DNA from: Octopus sinensis
Taxonomy: Eukaryota
Assembly (NCBI RefSeq): GCF_006345805.1
Contig: NW_021833700.1
Coordinates: forward strand, 1-63,974
DNA: 63,974 bases
Direction of reading: 5' to 3'
The translations under genes and the position numbers were made by a program. Positions within the stretch are counted from its first letter, which is position 1. Each line of letters opens with the position of its first letter. This document shows, piece by piece, positions 37,641-52,020 of the stretch. The notes under the pieces are model-generated. The model had not been told where the DNA came from. It made no database searches and was given only the letters and a program-made list of their open reading frames with translations.

Positions 37641-40171
37641 TCGTGAACAATCCTGAAGGCAGTGGGAAGAGAAGGTTGGAGAAGAAGAGGGATAAAAGAG
37701 AGAGAGAGAGAGAGAGAGATGGGGTAAAAACGTACAAATATCACATAAATAACTTTTAATCAAGAAAAAGCCTGGGCTTCTACAGGATCTCTGAGAGTGT
37801 TGAAAGGGAGGTAAGGAGTAAGAAGTCTCTTGAGACCAGACTCAAAGATTGGCAACTGAATGAATTCTAATAAAAACACCGAAGAGCCAAACGATGATCC
37901 TAAATTAGGCGGTGGATCACGTGTAGCACCACCAATTTAGGCAACCGTATGGTTTGCATCCACGCACGTATGCACAATGTATATGAATTGTGTGTGTCTG
38001 AAATAAAACGCATGCGCACTTATATATGCCCACTTGCTTGAATATACATTGATATATTTGCACACACAAATAAACATGTATGTGTGTATGTACATGTGTG
38101 CGTGTATGTATATTTATATATATATGTGTGTGTGTGTATATATATATATGTATATATGTGTGTGTGTATATATATATATGTGTGCGTGCATATAAATACT
38201 TATGTTTGTATATACAAACACAAACATACACACATACACACGCATCTCTACGCACGAACGCATAAAACCACACTTCCACTTAAATCATGTGTGGAAGCAT
38301 AAATACTCTCTGTCTCTGGCTCTCTCTCTTCTCCCTTACACACACACACATACCCACGCAAACAAAAGTAAACATCAACCTAATGATATACACCTACGCG
38401 CAAATACATTGCTCTGCGCATATCAATTTGTTTTATGTGTGTGTGTGTGTGTGTGTGTAGATATGCATCAGTGCTTAAACAACGAATATACAAAAAGAAA
38501 AAAAGAATCGTAAATGCATAAACATAGAAAACCCCCATCAATTCAAACGTTCGGATGCTCAAATGAGCAAATTACTCAAATGCTTATATGCCCCAAATAC
38601 GTTGACGCAGCAATATAAAACGACTTGATTATTTAATTGCGATATAAATGGATATAAACTACGTACAAAAATATATATATATACATAAGAAATTTATAAA
38701 TATTACGCAAATAATAAGAAAAAGTTTAAAAAATAATTGACAATTATGTAAAAGTGGGTTGACAATTGGGGAAAAATTTATAAAATGTTGGTTGAAATCC
38801 TAATATTTACTACTTGAAAAATTTCAAACATTACAAATGTTACCTAAAAATATAAATATATAAATACTTTAGGACTAATATCATTATCTTGTTGTCTTTT
38901 AAGAATTTATGCTGTTCATTGCACAGAAGAATGCATAATGATGCGTGTGTATGCATAATTATGTGTGTGTGTGTGCGCGCGTGTATGGGTGTGTGAGTGT
39001 GTGTGTGTGTGTTTGCGTATTTGCTTATGAACCCCAAAGTAGATGTTTGCATTTGTGACAGCGTGTGCACGTGTATGTGCATATATCCCCCTACATATAA
39101 TCTGCCTGGAGACGTGTGTAAGTAGATGTTTCGATATGTGTATATGTAAAAGTGGCATTTGTGTGTATGTACTTGCTTGTATAGAAGTAAGTAGGTCTAT
39201 ATATATATATATATATGATCTCACACATACATACATAAATACACACATACACGCAAGTATGTATATATATATATAATCTATATATATATATAGAAGTAAG
39301 TAGGTCTATATATATATATATATATATATACTTGCGTGTATGTGTGTATTCATGTATGTATGTGTGAGACCATGTGTGTAAGAATATGTGTCTGTGTGTC
39401 ATTTCGTAGGTTTACATGTTTAGTAACCATTTCATATTGAACACGCATCTGTAGCGAAATTTACTGTTGCTTCTGTTCACTAATATTCAGCAACGGTTGT
39501 TGACTGGGAAATGCTTATCTATTAATTTCCACAACGGTAATTCAACCGTAAGTCTTCCTTCAGGAATACAGAAAAAATAAAAGGAATATTACAAAACAAA
39601 CTAATTATTTCTTCAGTTTGAAAAACATGTTATCGAGCTATAGATTCTGATATTAAATGGAATGTCCTCGACTTTTATGGCCTACACAAGTGTGACAAAT
39701 TGTTGAAGCTTATGTATTGCTGAGAAGATTCTCATTCATAAATAATTTAATAAACTGCAACCCTCCTAAATATTAGATAAGTGATATTTACCGTTAAATG
39801 CCGCCACTTCGACAAGTACTCGCTGTAACAGGGGCACATTATACCACCACCTGACTGAATAGAGCAATACTCATACATTTACTAAGAACAATCACACACA
39901 CACATTCACAAATACATATACACACACACTCTCTCCCTCTCTCCCTCTCTCCCTCTATTTCCCTCTTCATTTCTAGACATTCTTTATCTTTCAATATTTT
40001 AAGATAATAAACTCATTTACACTCTTAACTCACTCTTTCCATCTACATTTCTATGAAGAAGAATCTTTCATTATTTAAATAAAATATTCACTAGATCCCT
40101 CCACACTCTATACCCAACTTCATCCTTAACCCATAAACACCCTGGTCTTCACACTAAACAATAATACACCC

Positions 40172-40220
<49 letters not shown>

Positions 40221-40482
40221 TATTATTATTATTATTGTTATCTTTTTTTTCTTCTTTCAAATTTGGTTCCATTTCTTGCCGAGTGTCTTCCCGACTCCTA
40301 GCGCAAAGAAACTCATAGTATACATTGTTAGGCCATTAAACTAAACTCACTTGTTCGTTCATTTTTTTTAAGTTAAATTAAAATACATGGGTAGTAATAG
40401 TTCTCACTTCGACAATGCTTTTCTCAATACGTGTGATGTACCAGTTAAGACAATCTTATTATCATTATTATTATTATTATTA

Positions 40483-40527
<45 letters not shown>

Positions 40528-41072
40528 CTCTTTAACATTATATTACACTTAAACTCCATGTTATTTCCATATAATTTTTAAAATACCCTACTAGTTTATA
40601 AATCTTTATCCACGACATATTTGTATATGTACACGATGTTTGTGCAAGTATGTTTACATAGAGTCACACAAAAATTTCATTCTTTTGCCTTCTGTATATC
40701 TAACGCCTCATAAGGAATAACCAGACTCTAACAATGTTGGTTTCAAATTTTGGTGCAAGGCCAGCAGGTCTGGGGGAAGGGTTAAATCGCTTAAATCGAT
40801 CCCAGTGTTCAACTGGTACTTATTTTATGGATTCCGAAAGGATGGAAGGCGAATATTGTTAATCCTAACAGTATTAATATACAATGAGTTGCACACCGTA
40901 TAAATTTCGCACCCAGCATATCAAACCGGAAACAGAATAACAGTAATATATATATATATCCCGGTGAGTTTAGTGAGTGGCAGAGTTATGTCACCTGAAG
41001 ATTGCAGAGCATTAGTTAGGATTAATACTTGAAGACACAATGTCTTTATCATAACGGACTATATCATCATAT

Positions 41073-41103
<31 letters not shown>

Positions 41104-41116
41104 ATTATATATATAT

Positions 41117-41149
<33 letters not shown>

Positions 41150-41540
41150 GAGGCGAGCTGGCAGAAATGTTAGCGCGCCGGGCGAAATGCTTAGCGAGTA
41201 CAAATTCCCTGAGGTCGACTTGCCTTTCATCATCCTTTCGGGGTCGATTAAATAATTACCAGTTACGCACTGGGGTTGATATAATCGACTTAATCCGTTT
41301 GTTCTGACCTTGTTTTCCTCTCTGTGTTTAGCCAGCCCCTTGTGGGTAGTAAAGAAATAGGCATTTTGTCTGTCTTTACGTTCTGAGTTCAAATTCCGCC
41401 GAGGTCGACTTTGGCCTTCATTCTTTCGGGGTCGATAAATAAAGTACAGTTTCGCACTGGGCTCGATGTAATAGACTTAATCCCTTTGTCTCTCCTTGTT
41501 TGTCCCCTCTAGGTTAGCCCCTTGTTGACAGTAAAGAAAT
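41150..41540 (+). mobile_element. Two tandem SINE B units
   Basis: Head at 41150; second unit restarts at gcattttgtctgtctttacgttctgagttc (~41360). Confidence 0.85.
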
Positions 41541-41549
41541 CTATATTTA

Positions 41550-41592
<43 letters not shown>

Positions 41593-42846
41593 TATATATA
41601 TGATTTGCCTGTTTTGTTTTTCATTTGTGTAAACACGTTTCATTACATATACCTATGCATCCATACATATATAATATATATGTCTGTGCATGTCTCATTT
41701 GTTGTGTTGACTCCTTGTTTTCCATTTGTGTAAATATATATTAATGCATATACCTACCTACCTACACATACCACCACACACATACATACAACATACATAC
41801 ATACACATACAATATACATACATACATACATGCATACATACATTCATACTACATACATACTACACCACATATACATACATACATACATACATACATACAT
41901 ACAACATACATACATTCATACATACACAACAAAATACATACATACATACACACACACACACATACATACATACATACATACATACCCACACACACACACA
42001 CATGCATGCATACATACATACATACATTCATACATACATACATACATACATACATAATACACACACACATACATACATACATGCATACATGCATACATAC
42101 ATACATACATACATACATACATACATACATACATGCATACATGCATACATACATACATACATACATGTTGATAGGTTTTATGCATATATATATGCACACA
42201 TACGTACACGCTCACATACACCTATATATCTTAATACATACATACACCAAATGCTTATGCTCAGACACATATGCGTCAGGAAATTAACTATATATATAAT
42301 ATTTAAAAGAAAAATATTTTTATTCACTCAATTCCATTTATTTCAGAACTTAATTAAAAGTAACAAATAAATAAAAAAAAACACAATAAACTTGCAAATA
42401 ATTAAACAAAATAACAAATGAAGAAACTAATTTTTTTAAAAAAACGAACGAAACAAATATACTTCTGAAATATTCTTCATTATTTCGTAACTTTAGAAAT
42501 TTTTTTTCTCTTTCTTGCCCACGTTTCTCTTTGTCTCTCTCTCTCTCCCCGATAAATATTCTTTTGACTATGGCAATGTCGTTTTATATTTGTTCTTTCA
42601 ACCGAAATAGTATTTTTACTCTACCAAAACACTATTATTTGTTTAACAGTTCTTTTAAAATATTTATTATTTTTTTTTATTCATTTTCATTTATTTGTTC
42701 TTTTCCAAAATAAACTTGTTTCATTCTTCGACTACATTTGCAGTATTTCGCTTTTCATTTTTCTATCGATTTTTCTTCTTTTCCCTTCCGAAAGCAAAAG
42801 AATACATCTTTCTCAGTTTTTGGCAAACAAGAACAATACCAGGAAT

Positions 42847-42880
<34 letters not shown>

Positions 42881-43123
42881 CAGCAACAGCAACAACAACA
42901 ACAACAATATTTTAAAAAATAATTGGTGGATTGTATAATTTTAAAGCATGTCGTTCATCGTTTTGTGCATCAGATTTAAGTTTTTCACTACTCTATGTCC
43001 ATTATCCACCAATTCTCATCATACATTCTAACTTGGTTTTCAAAACAGTCGATATGCATATATACATATATACATATATACATACATCTATATACATACA
43101 TACATACATACCATACATACATA

Positions 43124-43171
<48 letters not shown>

Positions 43172-43290
43172 ATATACACACACACACACACTCATATATA
43201 TATATATATGCATGCGCGTGTGTGTATTTATGTATGATTATATATGTATATATATAGGTATATGCATATATATATATACATATATGTGTT

Positions 43291-43323
<33 letters not shown>

Positions 43324-43364
43324 TGGTGTGTGTGTGGTTTGTGTGTATACATATATATGTGTAT

Positions 43365-43452
<88 letters not shown>

Positions 43453-44079
43453 CAACAAAAAGTCTCCATTGAATCGCAAGTATACTGTCTTAAAAAGAAT
43501 GGCAAATTGAAAATATGGCTATGAAAAATAGTAAAACGAGGTCATTTTTGGCAGGTTTTTATTTACAGATTTAAGGAACCAAGACTGATCTTGGGTTACG
43601 TAATAACTACAATTCAGAAAGCTATAGTTACTACGGCGCCGGCGAAGGAGCCTCTCTATGGATTATAGGCCGACTAGATGTAATAGCCAGGACCTACTCA
43701 AGCCATACACTATCGTCTTAATAGAGGCACAGTAGAGAATATAATACGTGATAGTCGTGGCTGGAATGCTTTTGATCATAAATTTGTTAAATCAAGACTA
43801 ACCTGAAGTAACACTACAGTTTGTACCCTGCTGATATGCTTTATGTTACAAATCCACCTTGACTGTATTAGATATTTGATCTTTATAAACCCGTAACATA
43901 AATTTAAGAGACAAAGGAAACAAAACTAGACCTGGCCCCATATTCAAGAAAAAAAACCCTGGAAGAACCCTAAATAACTAGTACAAATGAGGATAACAAC
44001 ACGATAGAATGAATTAAAGAAAACATACAAACTACATAAGCATCACAATGGCAATGATTTTATCAAAATAGACACAAAA

Positions 44080-44560
44080 ATCCGATCATCAGCTACTACG
44101 TTGGAAATCATAATGGTTTCGACACCAAAGAGTACCACTCAATCCAACAGTATCTGCAGCGTCATTTAGTCTGTTGCTGGGTAGATTATTATTTCTTTAG
44201 GCTTTGATTAGTTTCCAGCTACATGTACTGCAGGTTGTATATTTCTAAATGTACTTTTGTTAATAGCTTAGTTGGCGTGCTGTTGTACAGCTATTGATGT
44301 TTTTATGTTGTTCGTATTGAATAGCTTGTCGTATCTATGGTCTGATGAAAAGTATTAGCTGATTATTTTTAGGAAATGTTTTACCACATTAATTGCTATG
44401 TTTTAGTTGAAAAGTGAATTAAACCAAGTAATGCTTCTACTTCTAGTTTTGTATAGCCCATGGTTCTTATGACTCTGTGCGCTTATGTGTTCATAACAGC
44501 TACTTTGGTAATATGTACTACATCCTTGCAATATTTTGCATAATTCTATATGCACACACT
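44080..44560 (-). mobile_element. Degenerate Penelope-like linker and GIY-YIG fragment
   Basis: RSRSITWFNSLFN*NIAINVVKHFLKIIS*YFSSDHRYDKLFNTNNIK, then IIIYPAT and (T)VGLSG..RNHYDF in shifted frames. Confidence 0.7.
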
Positions 44561-46215
44561 TAACTATACACCTGTTCGTTGTTATTTATCATATTTCTGA
44601 ACGTACACCTGTTCATTTGAGTCCGATTTACTCAAAATTACAACGAAAAACCACAAATGCTCAAATATAACACAGCATTTGATACAGAATGTTTTGCACA
44701 ATTTATTTGGATCTACACATCCCCTAGGTGCTTTGAGTTTAATTCTAAAACATTTGTCACAAAAACTAGATACCTGTCAAATATTTCTGTCGCTTTTCTC
44801 TTTTTTATTTCATCAGTCGCTTAATTCTGCCGCTGAAGGCACTTCTTTCCATTACTTCTTGCAAATGACTCCCTTCACTTGTACAGCTGTTGAATCAAAC
44901 CACAAGGGATATTTATAACCATGAATCTACTTTAGAGTCTAGCGAGTTTCCTGTTCGTTAAGATTATATCTCTTTAAAAATTGCTTCCACAAATATTACA
45001 GAGACACTATCCAGTAGAAAATTTATATATCACCCATTTTCGTTCCATTTTTAAAAGAAAATTCTTCGTAAGTATTTTGTTTGTTATTCGTTTAAAATAT
45101 TTCTTCACTTCTTCACCAATCAGTAACGTGAACCGTTTCCTATCCTGTTAGAAAATAAAAAAAAAATCTGCAAAACTTATATTTATATACCACTCTAAAT
45201 TTCTATCAATAACTTGAGATATTTGTTCCTTTAAGTATCAATCACGTAAAAATAATAGAACCATATGTTGTATGTTCACGTATTGGAAGCCAGAATAATC
45301 ATTATGTCAATGCTCAAGGTGGAAAAAGCAAGAACTTAGTTTATCAAGAAGCCATTGCTTCAAATTGTTTGTCGATGACTTGCCAGAGGGAATGGATGTT
45401 GTTTTTTGTTTTGTTTTTTGAATTGTGTGTCTGTAATAAAGAATGTAAACGTTTCTGTGTTTCAAATAATAGATTTATGCAGATTTACCATGATTCTTTT
45501 TCAAGAATCTGACTACTGAGAGGATTGTTGCCGTGACAACGCCAAGTATTCTGCCATACCACACGCACACACACACATACATACACACACACACACATAC
45601 ACACATACATACATACACACACACACGCATACATGCATACATACATACATACATACACACACGCATACATACATACATACATACAAACATACATACATAC
45701 ACATACATACATACTTACGTACGTACATACAAACATATATACACACATACACGCACGCACATACACGTACTTACATGTATACACAAACTCACAGAAATAC
45801 ACTCAGACACACTTATGTATGGTTCTCTTCTATTTTTAATTATTTACACTCTTCCTTTGAGGAAGGAGCTGGTTTCTAACAAAATACAAAGCCCCATCGT
45901 TGATGTGTGGATGACGAAAACAATGTATGCATGTATGTATGTATGTATGTATGTATGTATGTATGTATGTATGTATGTATGTATGTATGTATGTATGTAT
46001 GTGTGTATGTATGTATGTATTATTCAGTTTATTTCAAGATTCCTTGCCAATAGAGCAAGAAACGGTTTCTAACCTAGATCCAAGGCTCCTTCATTGGAAT
46101 TTCAACATCAACAACAGGGTAATTTTGTTTGTATATATGTATGTATGTATGTATGTATATATGTATGTATGTATGTATTTATGTATGTATGTATGTATGT
46201 ATGTATGTATGTATG

Positions 46216-46249
<34 letters not shown>

Positions 46250-46339
46250 TGTATGTATATATGTATGTATGTATTTATGTATGTATGTATGTATGTATGT
46301 ATGTATGTATGTATGTATGTATGTATGTATGTGTGCGCA

Positions 46340-46570
46340 GATTTGTATGTCTGTATCTATTCTCATGCATATAGTTGCATATCTAGACAGGCTCATATAT
46401 TTGAATAATAAACTTCTGGAAAGTTTTACAGATTTTTACAGTTCCAGTGATAGAATGGGTGTGTAGTCTTCGAATTAGCTTTCTCCTTTCTGGTTTTGAA
46501 AAGCCTAATTTCTCAAGATTGGTATTTAGGCAGTGTGTTACATATCCCATGGCCCCAATAATATATTTAT
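46340..46570 (-). mobile_element. RLE-type (R2 superfamily) LINE 3' end embedded in (CATA)n
   Basis: IIGAMGYVTHCLNTNLEKLGFSKPERRKLIRRLHTHSITGTVKICKTFQKFII plus 3' UTR; (TACA)n on both sides. Confidence 0.7.
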
Positions 46571-47109
46571 ATACGTATGTATGTATGTATGTATGTATGT
46601 ATGTATGTATGTATGTATGTATGTATGTATGTATGTATGTATGTATGTATGTATGTGCGCGTGCTTGTGCGTGAATGTTTGTATGATCATATATATATAT
46701 CCATATAATCACTCCTCTGTATCAGTGGTGTTCCAATCCATTTTGACCATCGACTTCTTTCATTCCTATTTTACTCCACTGCATCTATAACCATTCGATG
46801 CTTAAAAAGCTTATTATATTTTCGTAATTATATATTATTATGAATTTTACGAGGAAAAATTGCTAAAATATTTTGTGCACTCATTTATTGCAGATAAATT
46901 TTAGCATCAAAATCTTAAATGGGCCCCCAAAGGTCATGTGGACCCCGGAAGGGAACCCCTGATCTACACGCGTGTAGCTATGTGCATAAGTATGCATGTG
47001 TGCAGGTATGGCTGTTATAACTTGAACAGAGCTGTATGTTTTGATTTATCTATGTGGTTGTATATGCATTATATGTCTATATGAAACGGTCGGCGTTTAA
47101 TCATGTTCT

Positions 47110-47525
47110 CTTTAATTCTGTCTTTGCAGATGTCAACGGATTCGGTTGTCTGAATTGAAAATGTCTGCCAGTTGCTGTGCAATCTGGAACACGCCATATC
47201 AGTTGTACAAATCTGTGGATGTTGTGACCTATTGAAGATCATACAAGTCGTCTGGTAGATATGAAAACCGTGTACAAATGAAACAATTACTCCACAGATA
47301 AACTGTATGATACATTTATATACACACACTCAACAGATAAAAGTTATATACACGTGCACAACAGATACAACATTTATATACACAAAACGAAGAAAAGCAA
47401 ATTATATTTTATGGATTAAAAGTATATACAAGAAAGTAACTCGAAATAAATTGAAAAGAGTACGAAAAAACAAGGACAAAGAGTAAAAATTGCAAGGCAA
47501 AGGGAGTACACTAAAAAAAGGAAGG
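47110..47525 (+). promoter_or_regulatory. Probable splice acceptor and 5' UTR part of coding exon 1, with upstream ORFs
   Basis: tctttaattctgtctttgcag| ends at 47129. All three frames close before the main ATG, and short uORFs are present (47130-47153 MSTDSVV*, 47161-47235). Confidence 0.5.
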
Positions 47526-48132
47526 ATGTCTTCAACTGTTATATTTGCCCGAAACAGCAATAACAACAACAACAATGCCGAACAGAAGACAAGTCTGTTG
47601 CGGACCGGAAGTGATAGTAGTTATGGGGCAGATGACTACGACCAGGACTGTTACTCAGACGAAGATGTTTTCGTCGATGAATGCAACGAAGACAATGCTT
47701 CCCTTTCAAAACCATTGATGCACGCCCGTTCTCGGTCGCGGGTCCGTCCTTGCTCTCGCTCCAAAGTGACCACACGCCGTCCACCCTGTCGATGTAGATA
47801 TTTAGTTCGTCCCATCTGCTGTTTCCTACTTCTGGTCAGTACTCTAAGTACGTTAATGGTACTCGTCCTGTATATGGTGGGTTCCTTCTCCGGTGATTCC
47901 GACAATCTGAAGAAGAATGGTAAGGGAAGCTGGCAGTCGACGTCTGGTCAGTGGTCTTCTGCAAGTGACTATGGTTATCTGCCGTTTGACAAGAACGTTA
48001 TTGGTTGTTCCAATGTTGAAGTGGAAGATGTGTGGGTGGTGGGTTTACCAAAACTCACCACCGAATCAGCGATCCGGTTGGTTGACGTGAACTCCGACGG
48101 AGAGTTGGATATCATCTTCGGATTCGGAACAG
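47526..48132 (+). CDS. FAM234B-like: FAM234A/B-like type II membrane protein, coding exon 1
   Basis: First in-frame ATG at 47526 (aggATG; in-frame TAA at 47484). Encodes MSSTVIFARN, an acidic DDYDQDCYSDEDVFVDE stretch, Cys-rich RRPPCRCRY, a TM helix (ICCFLLLVSTLSTLMVLVLYMVG) and VWVVGLPKLTTESAIRLVDVNSDGELDIIFGFGTG (FG-GAP-like DxDxDG). Donor ACAG|gtatga, phase 1. Family assignment is from recalled similarity. Confidence 0.88.
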
Positions 48133-49505
48133 GTATGAACGACTCCTCATCATCCATTATTGTTGTTATTTTTATTACTATCACTTTCATACTACAAAAG
48201 CTATCACCACACAACTACAACATCCTACTATCACCAATACACTACAATTATCGCCACAGCCCCCACCACACCCTTACTACCACCGCCACGATCTAGAGTA
48301 TCGTAGCAGCTTCCACAATCATGCCCACACCATTCCAACTCCGTCTACACCACGACAGACATCACAACCACACCACCACCGTCGCCAGCACCAACACAAC
48401 TACCACCAATACCAGTACGAGCACTAGCACCACAACCACCAGCATCACCACAAGCACCTCCACACCACTAGTATCAATACTACCACCACCACCACTGCTG
48501 CTTTTGCTACTCCACCCACGACGGCGGGACACAGTTTCAGTATAGCTCTGAGGTCTTCGGGAGTGATGAGGACCCGTACACAGATACGCCCTCCCCATCA
48601 TCCCACACATCACATTTAGTTAATTCAGCAGTGAGAATATGACCACACAGTGCCACAGAGATGACGACACATTACAGTTCAACGTCACGGCTAACTGAAC
48701 TTGAATGTTATTTTTACACTCCAACAATTCATGAAGTGCAAATTTAGACACCGTGAAGCTTAACCAGCGCACCTTATCACTTCTCCTCATCTTCGGTTTT
48801 AAATACTAGGCACACGCCTTGCTTCCGGTTGATGGAAAATGCATTGTCTTTAGCATCAACCGAGACTATCTCACTGAGATCATCTAAAATTCCTTTCAGT
48901 TTTAGATAAGGTACAAAAATGCAACCTTTCTTGTCTGGTCCTCGATGTTTGATCAGATAAGAAGGTACTGGCCTTTGTAACGCACCTCTACCACGTTTTT
49001 CTTTTTTCCACCTTCATTCCACCCGAACTGCGTCCAGGGTATTTTCTCTTGTGCACCACGCTAGCAAAACATTTACTTTTGTCATTAGCAAATTATTCAT
49101 TTTTTTCCGTTTGTCTAAATTTTCAATTTTGAAATATGTTTCATTAAATGTTTTTTTTTTAATTCTTATTTCTGCTTAGTTTGTTTTTAAATCCTGTTTT
49201 TGTGTTTTACAATTTTTTTTCTTTGGGGATTGGCCCAGGGCTCACACTTTGCCTTTGTTATGGTAACCTTCGCAGAAGAAACCATGTTTAAATATGAGTA
49301 TGCGAATCTTTACAAAATCTTAAACCTAAGAAGTCCAATGAAAAATTGTATGGTTTCACTCTGAAGGCAAACGGAATAAACATTGGAATTGGCGCAGAGT
49401 CTTCTATTAGCAAAATTATCCCGAAGAAATAATTTTTTTCATTAAATGCAAAATTATTACATCCGAGTTTTGTACGGAAGAATGTTCAAGGATTTCTGTT
49501 TATAA

Positions 49506-49880
49506 GGGCGTGCGTGGCTGTGCGGTAAGAAACTTGCTTTCCAACTATATGGTTCAGGGTTCAGTCCCACCGCGTAGCAGCTTGGGCAAGCGTCTTCTAC
49601 TATAGTCTCGGGGCAACCAAGCCTTGTGAGTGAATTTAGTAAACGCAAACTGAGAGAAGCCTGTCGTATATATATATGTGTCTGTTTGTCCCCCACCACC
49701 ATTTGACAACCGGTATTGCTGTATTTACGTCCCCGCAACTTATCGGTTCGGCATAAGAGAACGATAGAATAAGTACCGGACTAAACAAAATATATGTACC
49801 GGAGTAGATGCATCGGACAAAATATTCTTGAAGGCGGTGCCCCAACATGGCCGCAATGAAACGACTGAAACAAGTAAAAA
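49506..49880 (+). mobile_element. SINE family A copy in intron 1
   Basis: Same head, core and tail as the other family A copies. Confidence 0.82.
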
Positions 49881-52020
49881 GATAAGATTTAAAAAAAGAT
49901 TAAAAACAACATTGCTACATCCGAGTCTTCTGCGGAAGAAATCTGAAGGATGACTGTTTAACTCAAAACACTAAATGTAATAATGTCACCTCAGTCGTCA
50001 TAAGTTTGACAGTTCCGGGAAGGCTACACTTCACTGACGAGCTCCGACGAGAGCAAAAGATGACCATTGCTGTCAAAATAGCGCTAAAGACCAGATTCAT
50101 TCTTCACAACGTTCAGTTTCAAAATGTATTTATTCCGATGTTGTCTCCCTTGCTTTACTTGAGCAGAATTAATCATTAAGCTAATTAATTTTTCACCTCA
50201 TACAGGTGTAGTTTTAATTAATTAGAAATTTCTTGGTTCCCGATATTAGACATGTTCGCATCAAATTTAATATTTGTTTATATCATAATAATTGAAATTC
50301 ACAATAAATCAACCAGCTGCATAATATTCCACTATAATTAGTCTTCGGAGAAAATTAAATGAGACACCATATGGTAGAGGAATAAGAAAATATTTTGAAG
50401 TCTTCTTCTAATCAATTTTTGAGGTTATAAGACCCAGGGAGAGGACATGTTTCTAATAATGCTGATATCGCTGCTTCAACCAAAGAACGTCTCGTCAGCC
50501 ATGGCGTAATTATAGCCACACATGTTAGCTCTCCTTTTCTCTCTCAGCCAGAGTTTCATACATCGGTTATTAACCAACGTTAATCAACGAATGTTGAAGA
50601 TTTGGTAATTAATGTTCTGGGATAATTAAGTAACACACAACAGAAAGTATAGAAACTAATTAAATATTACTGAATGAAATATTATTAATTAGTTTTATAG
50701 AAGAGTTTTTTAAAAATTTAATGTAGATTGTTCCACTGGTAACTATACCGGTCTGTGTACGCACAAGCATGTCCACGCACACATGTACTCGCAAGCACAT
50801 ACACACACGCACACAACGCTTATTACACACACATACACATGTGTGTATATGCATGTGTGCATGCGTGCATGTGTGTAGACAAAATGGATTATAAAACAAT
50901 TGAAGACATATTTTAAGGTAAAAAATAAATAAATGAATAATTTTAAAAGGACACACACAGAGTATATTTCTAAGAAATTGGTTACATTATTGGAAACATA
51001 ACCAGAACAGTCGTTAGTCGCAAAGAAATGACATTCGATTGTGCCCAAAGTATATTTACCTGAGCCAATAAAGCCATACATATAAGTATGTATGTATGCA
51101 TGTATGTATGTATGCATGTATGTATGTACTATGTATGTGTGTGTATGTATGTATGAATGTCTGCATGTATGTATGTATGTATGTATGTATGTATGTATGT
51201 ATGTATGTATGTGTGTGTATGTATGCATGCATGTATGCATGCATGTATGTATGTATGTATGTATGTATGTATGTATGTATGTATGTATGCATGCATATAT
51301 GTATGTATTATGTATGTATGCATGCATGTATGTATGTATGTATGTATGTATGTATGCATGCATGTATGTATGCATGCATGTATGTATGCATGCATGCATG
51401 TATATATATATGTATGTATGTATGCATGCATGTATGTATGTATGTATGTATGTATGTATGTATGTATGTATGTATGTATGTATGTATGTATGTGATTCTC
51501 TTCTGCTTTTAATTATCTAAATTCTTCATCTGAGAAAGGAGTTAGTTTCTAACAAAGGTAGAAAGCTCCGTCTTTGGAATGGAGATAACGAATCAGGAAT
51601 TTCAATTATTATGATATGAACAAATATCATAATGCGAACATATCTAATATCGCGAACCAAGAAATTTCTAATTAATTAAAACTACACCGGTATGAGGTGA
51701 AAAATTGATTAGCTTAATGATTAATTCTGCTCAAGTAAAGCAAGGGAGACAACATCGGAATAAATAAATTTTGAAACTGAACGTTGTGAAGAATGGATCA
51801 GCGCTATGTTGACAGCAATGGGCATCTTTCGCTCCCGCCGGAGCTTGTCAGTGAAGTGCAGCGTTACCAGAACTGTGAAAGTTAAGACGACTGAGATGAC
51901 ATTATTACATTAGTGTTTTGTGTTAAACAGACATCCTTCAAGTTTCTTCCGCAGAAGACTCGGATGTAGTAGTGTTGTCTTTAATCTTTTTTTAATTTTA
52001 TCTTTTTACTTGTTTCAGTC
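49870..52020. repeat. ~430-bp inverted repeat pair in intron 1 (49870-50300 / 51597-52020)
   Basis: Colinear reverse-complement match over the whole arm, e.g. catcggaataaat..ttttgaaactgaacgttgtgaagaat versus attcttcacaacgttcagtttcaaaa..atttattccgatg. Confidence 0.9.

Noticed and set aside
48133-48296. Read-through of exon 1 into the intron, adding a hydrophobic segment (SSIIVVIFITITFIL)
   Set aside because: There is a good in-phase donor at 48132/48133, and the extension comes from ATT/CAC-rich low-complexity intron sequence.
50030-50070. CTGACGA-gctc..gagc-AAAA as an active hammerhead
   Set aside because: GAAA is mutated here, the core is mutated in the inverted twin, and no stem I partner was found. 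It is treated as a remnant only.
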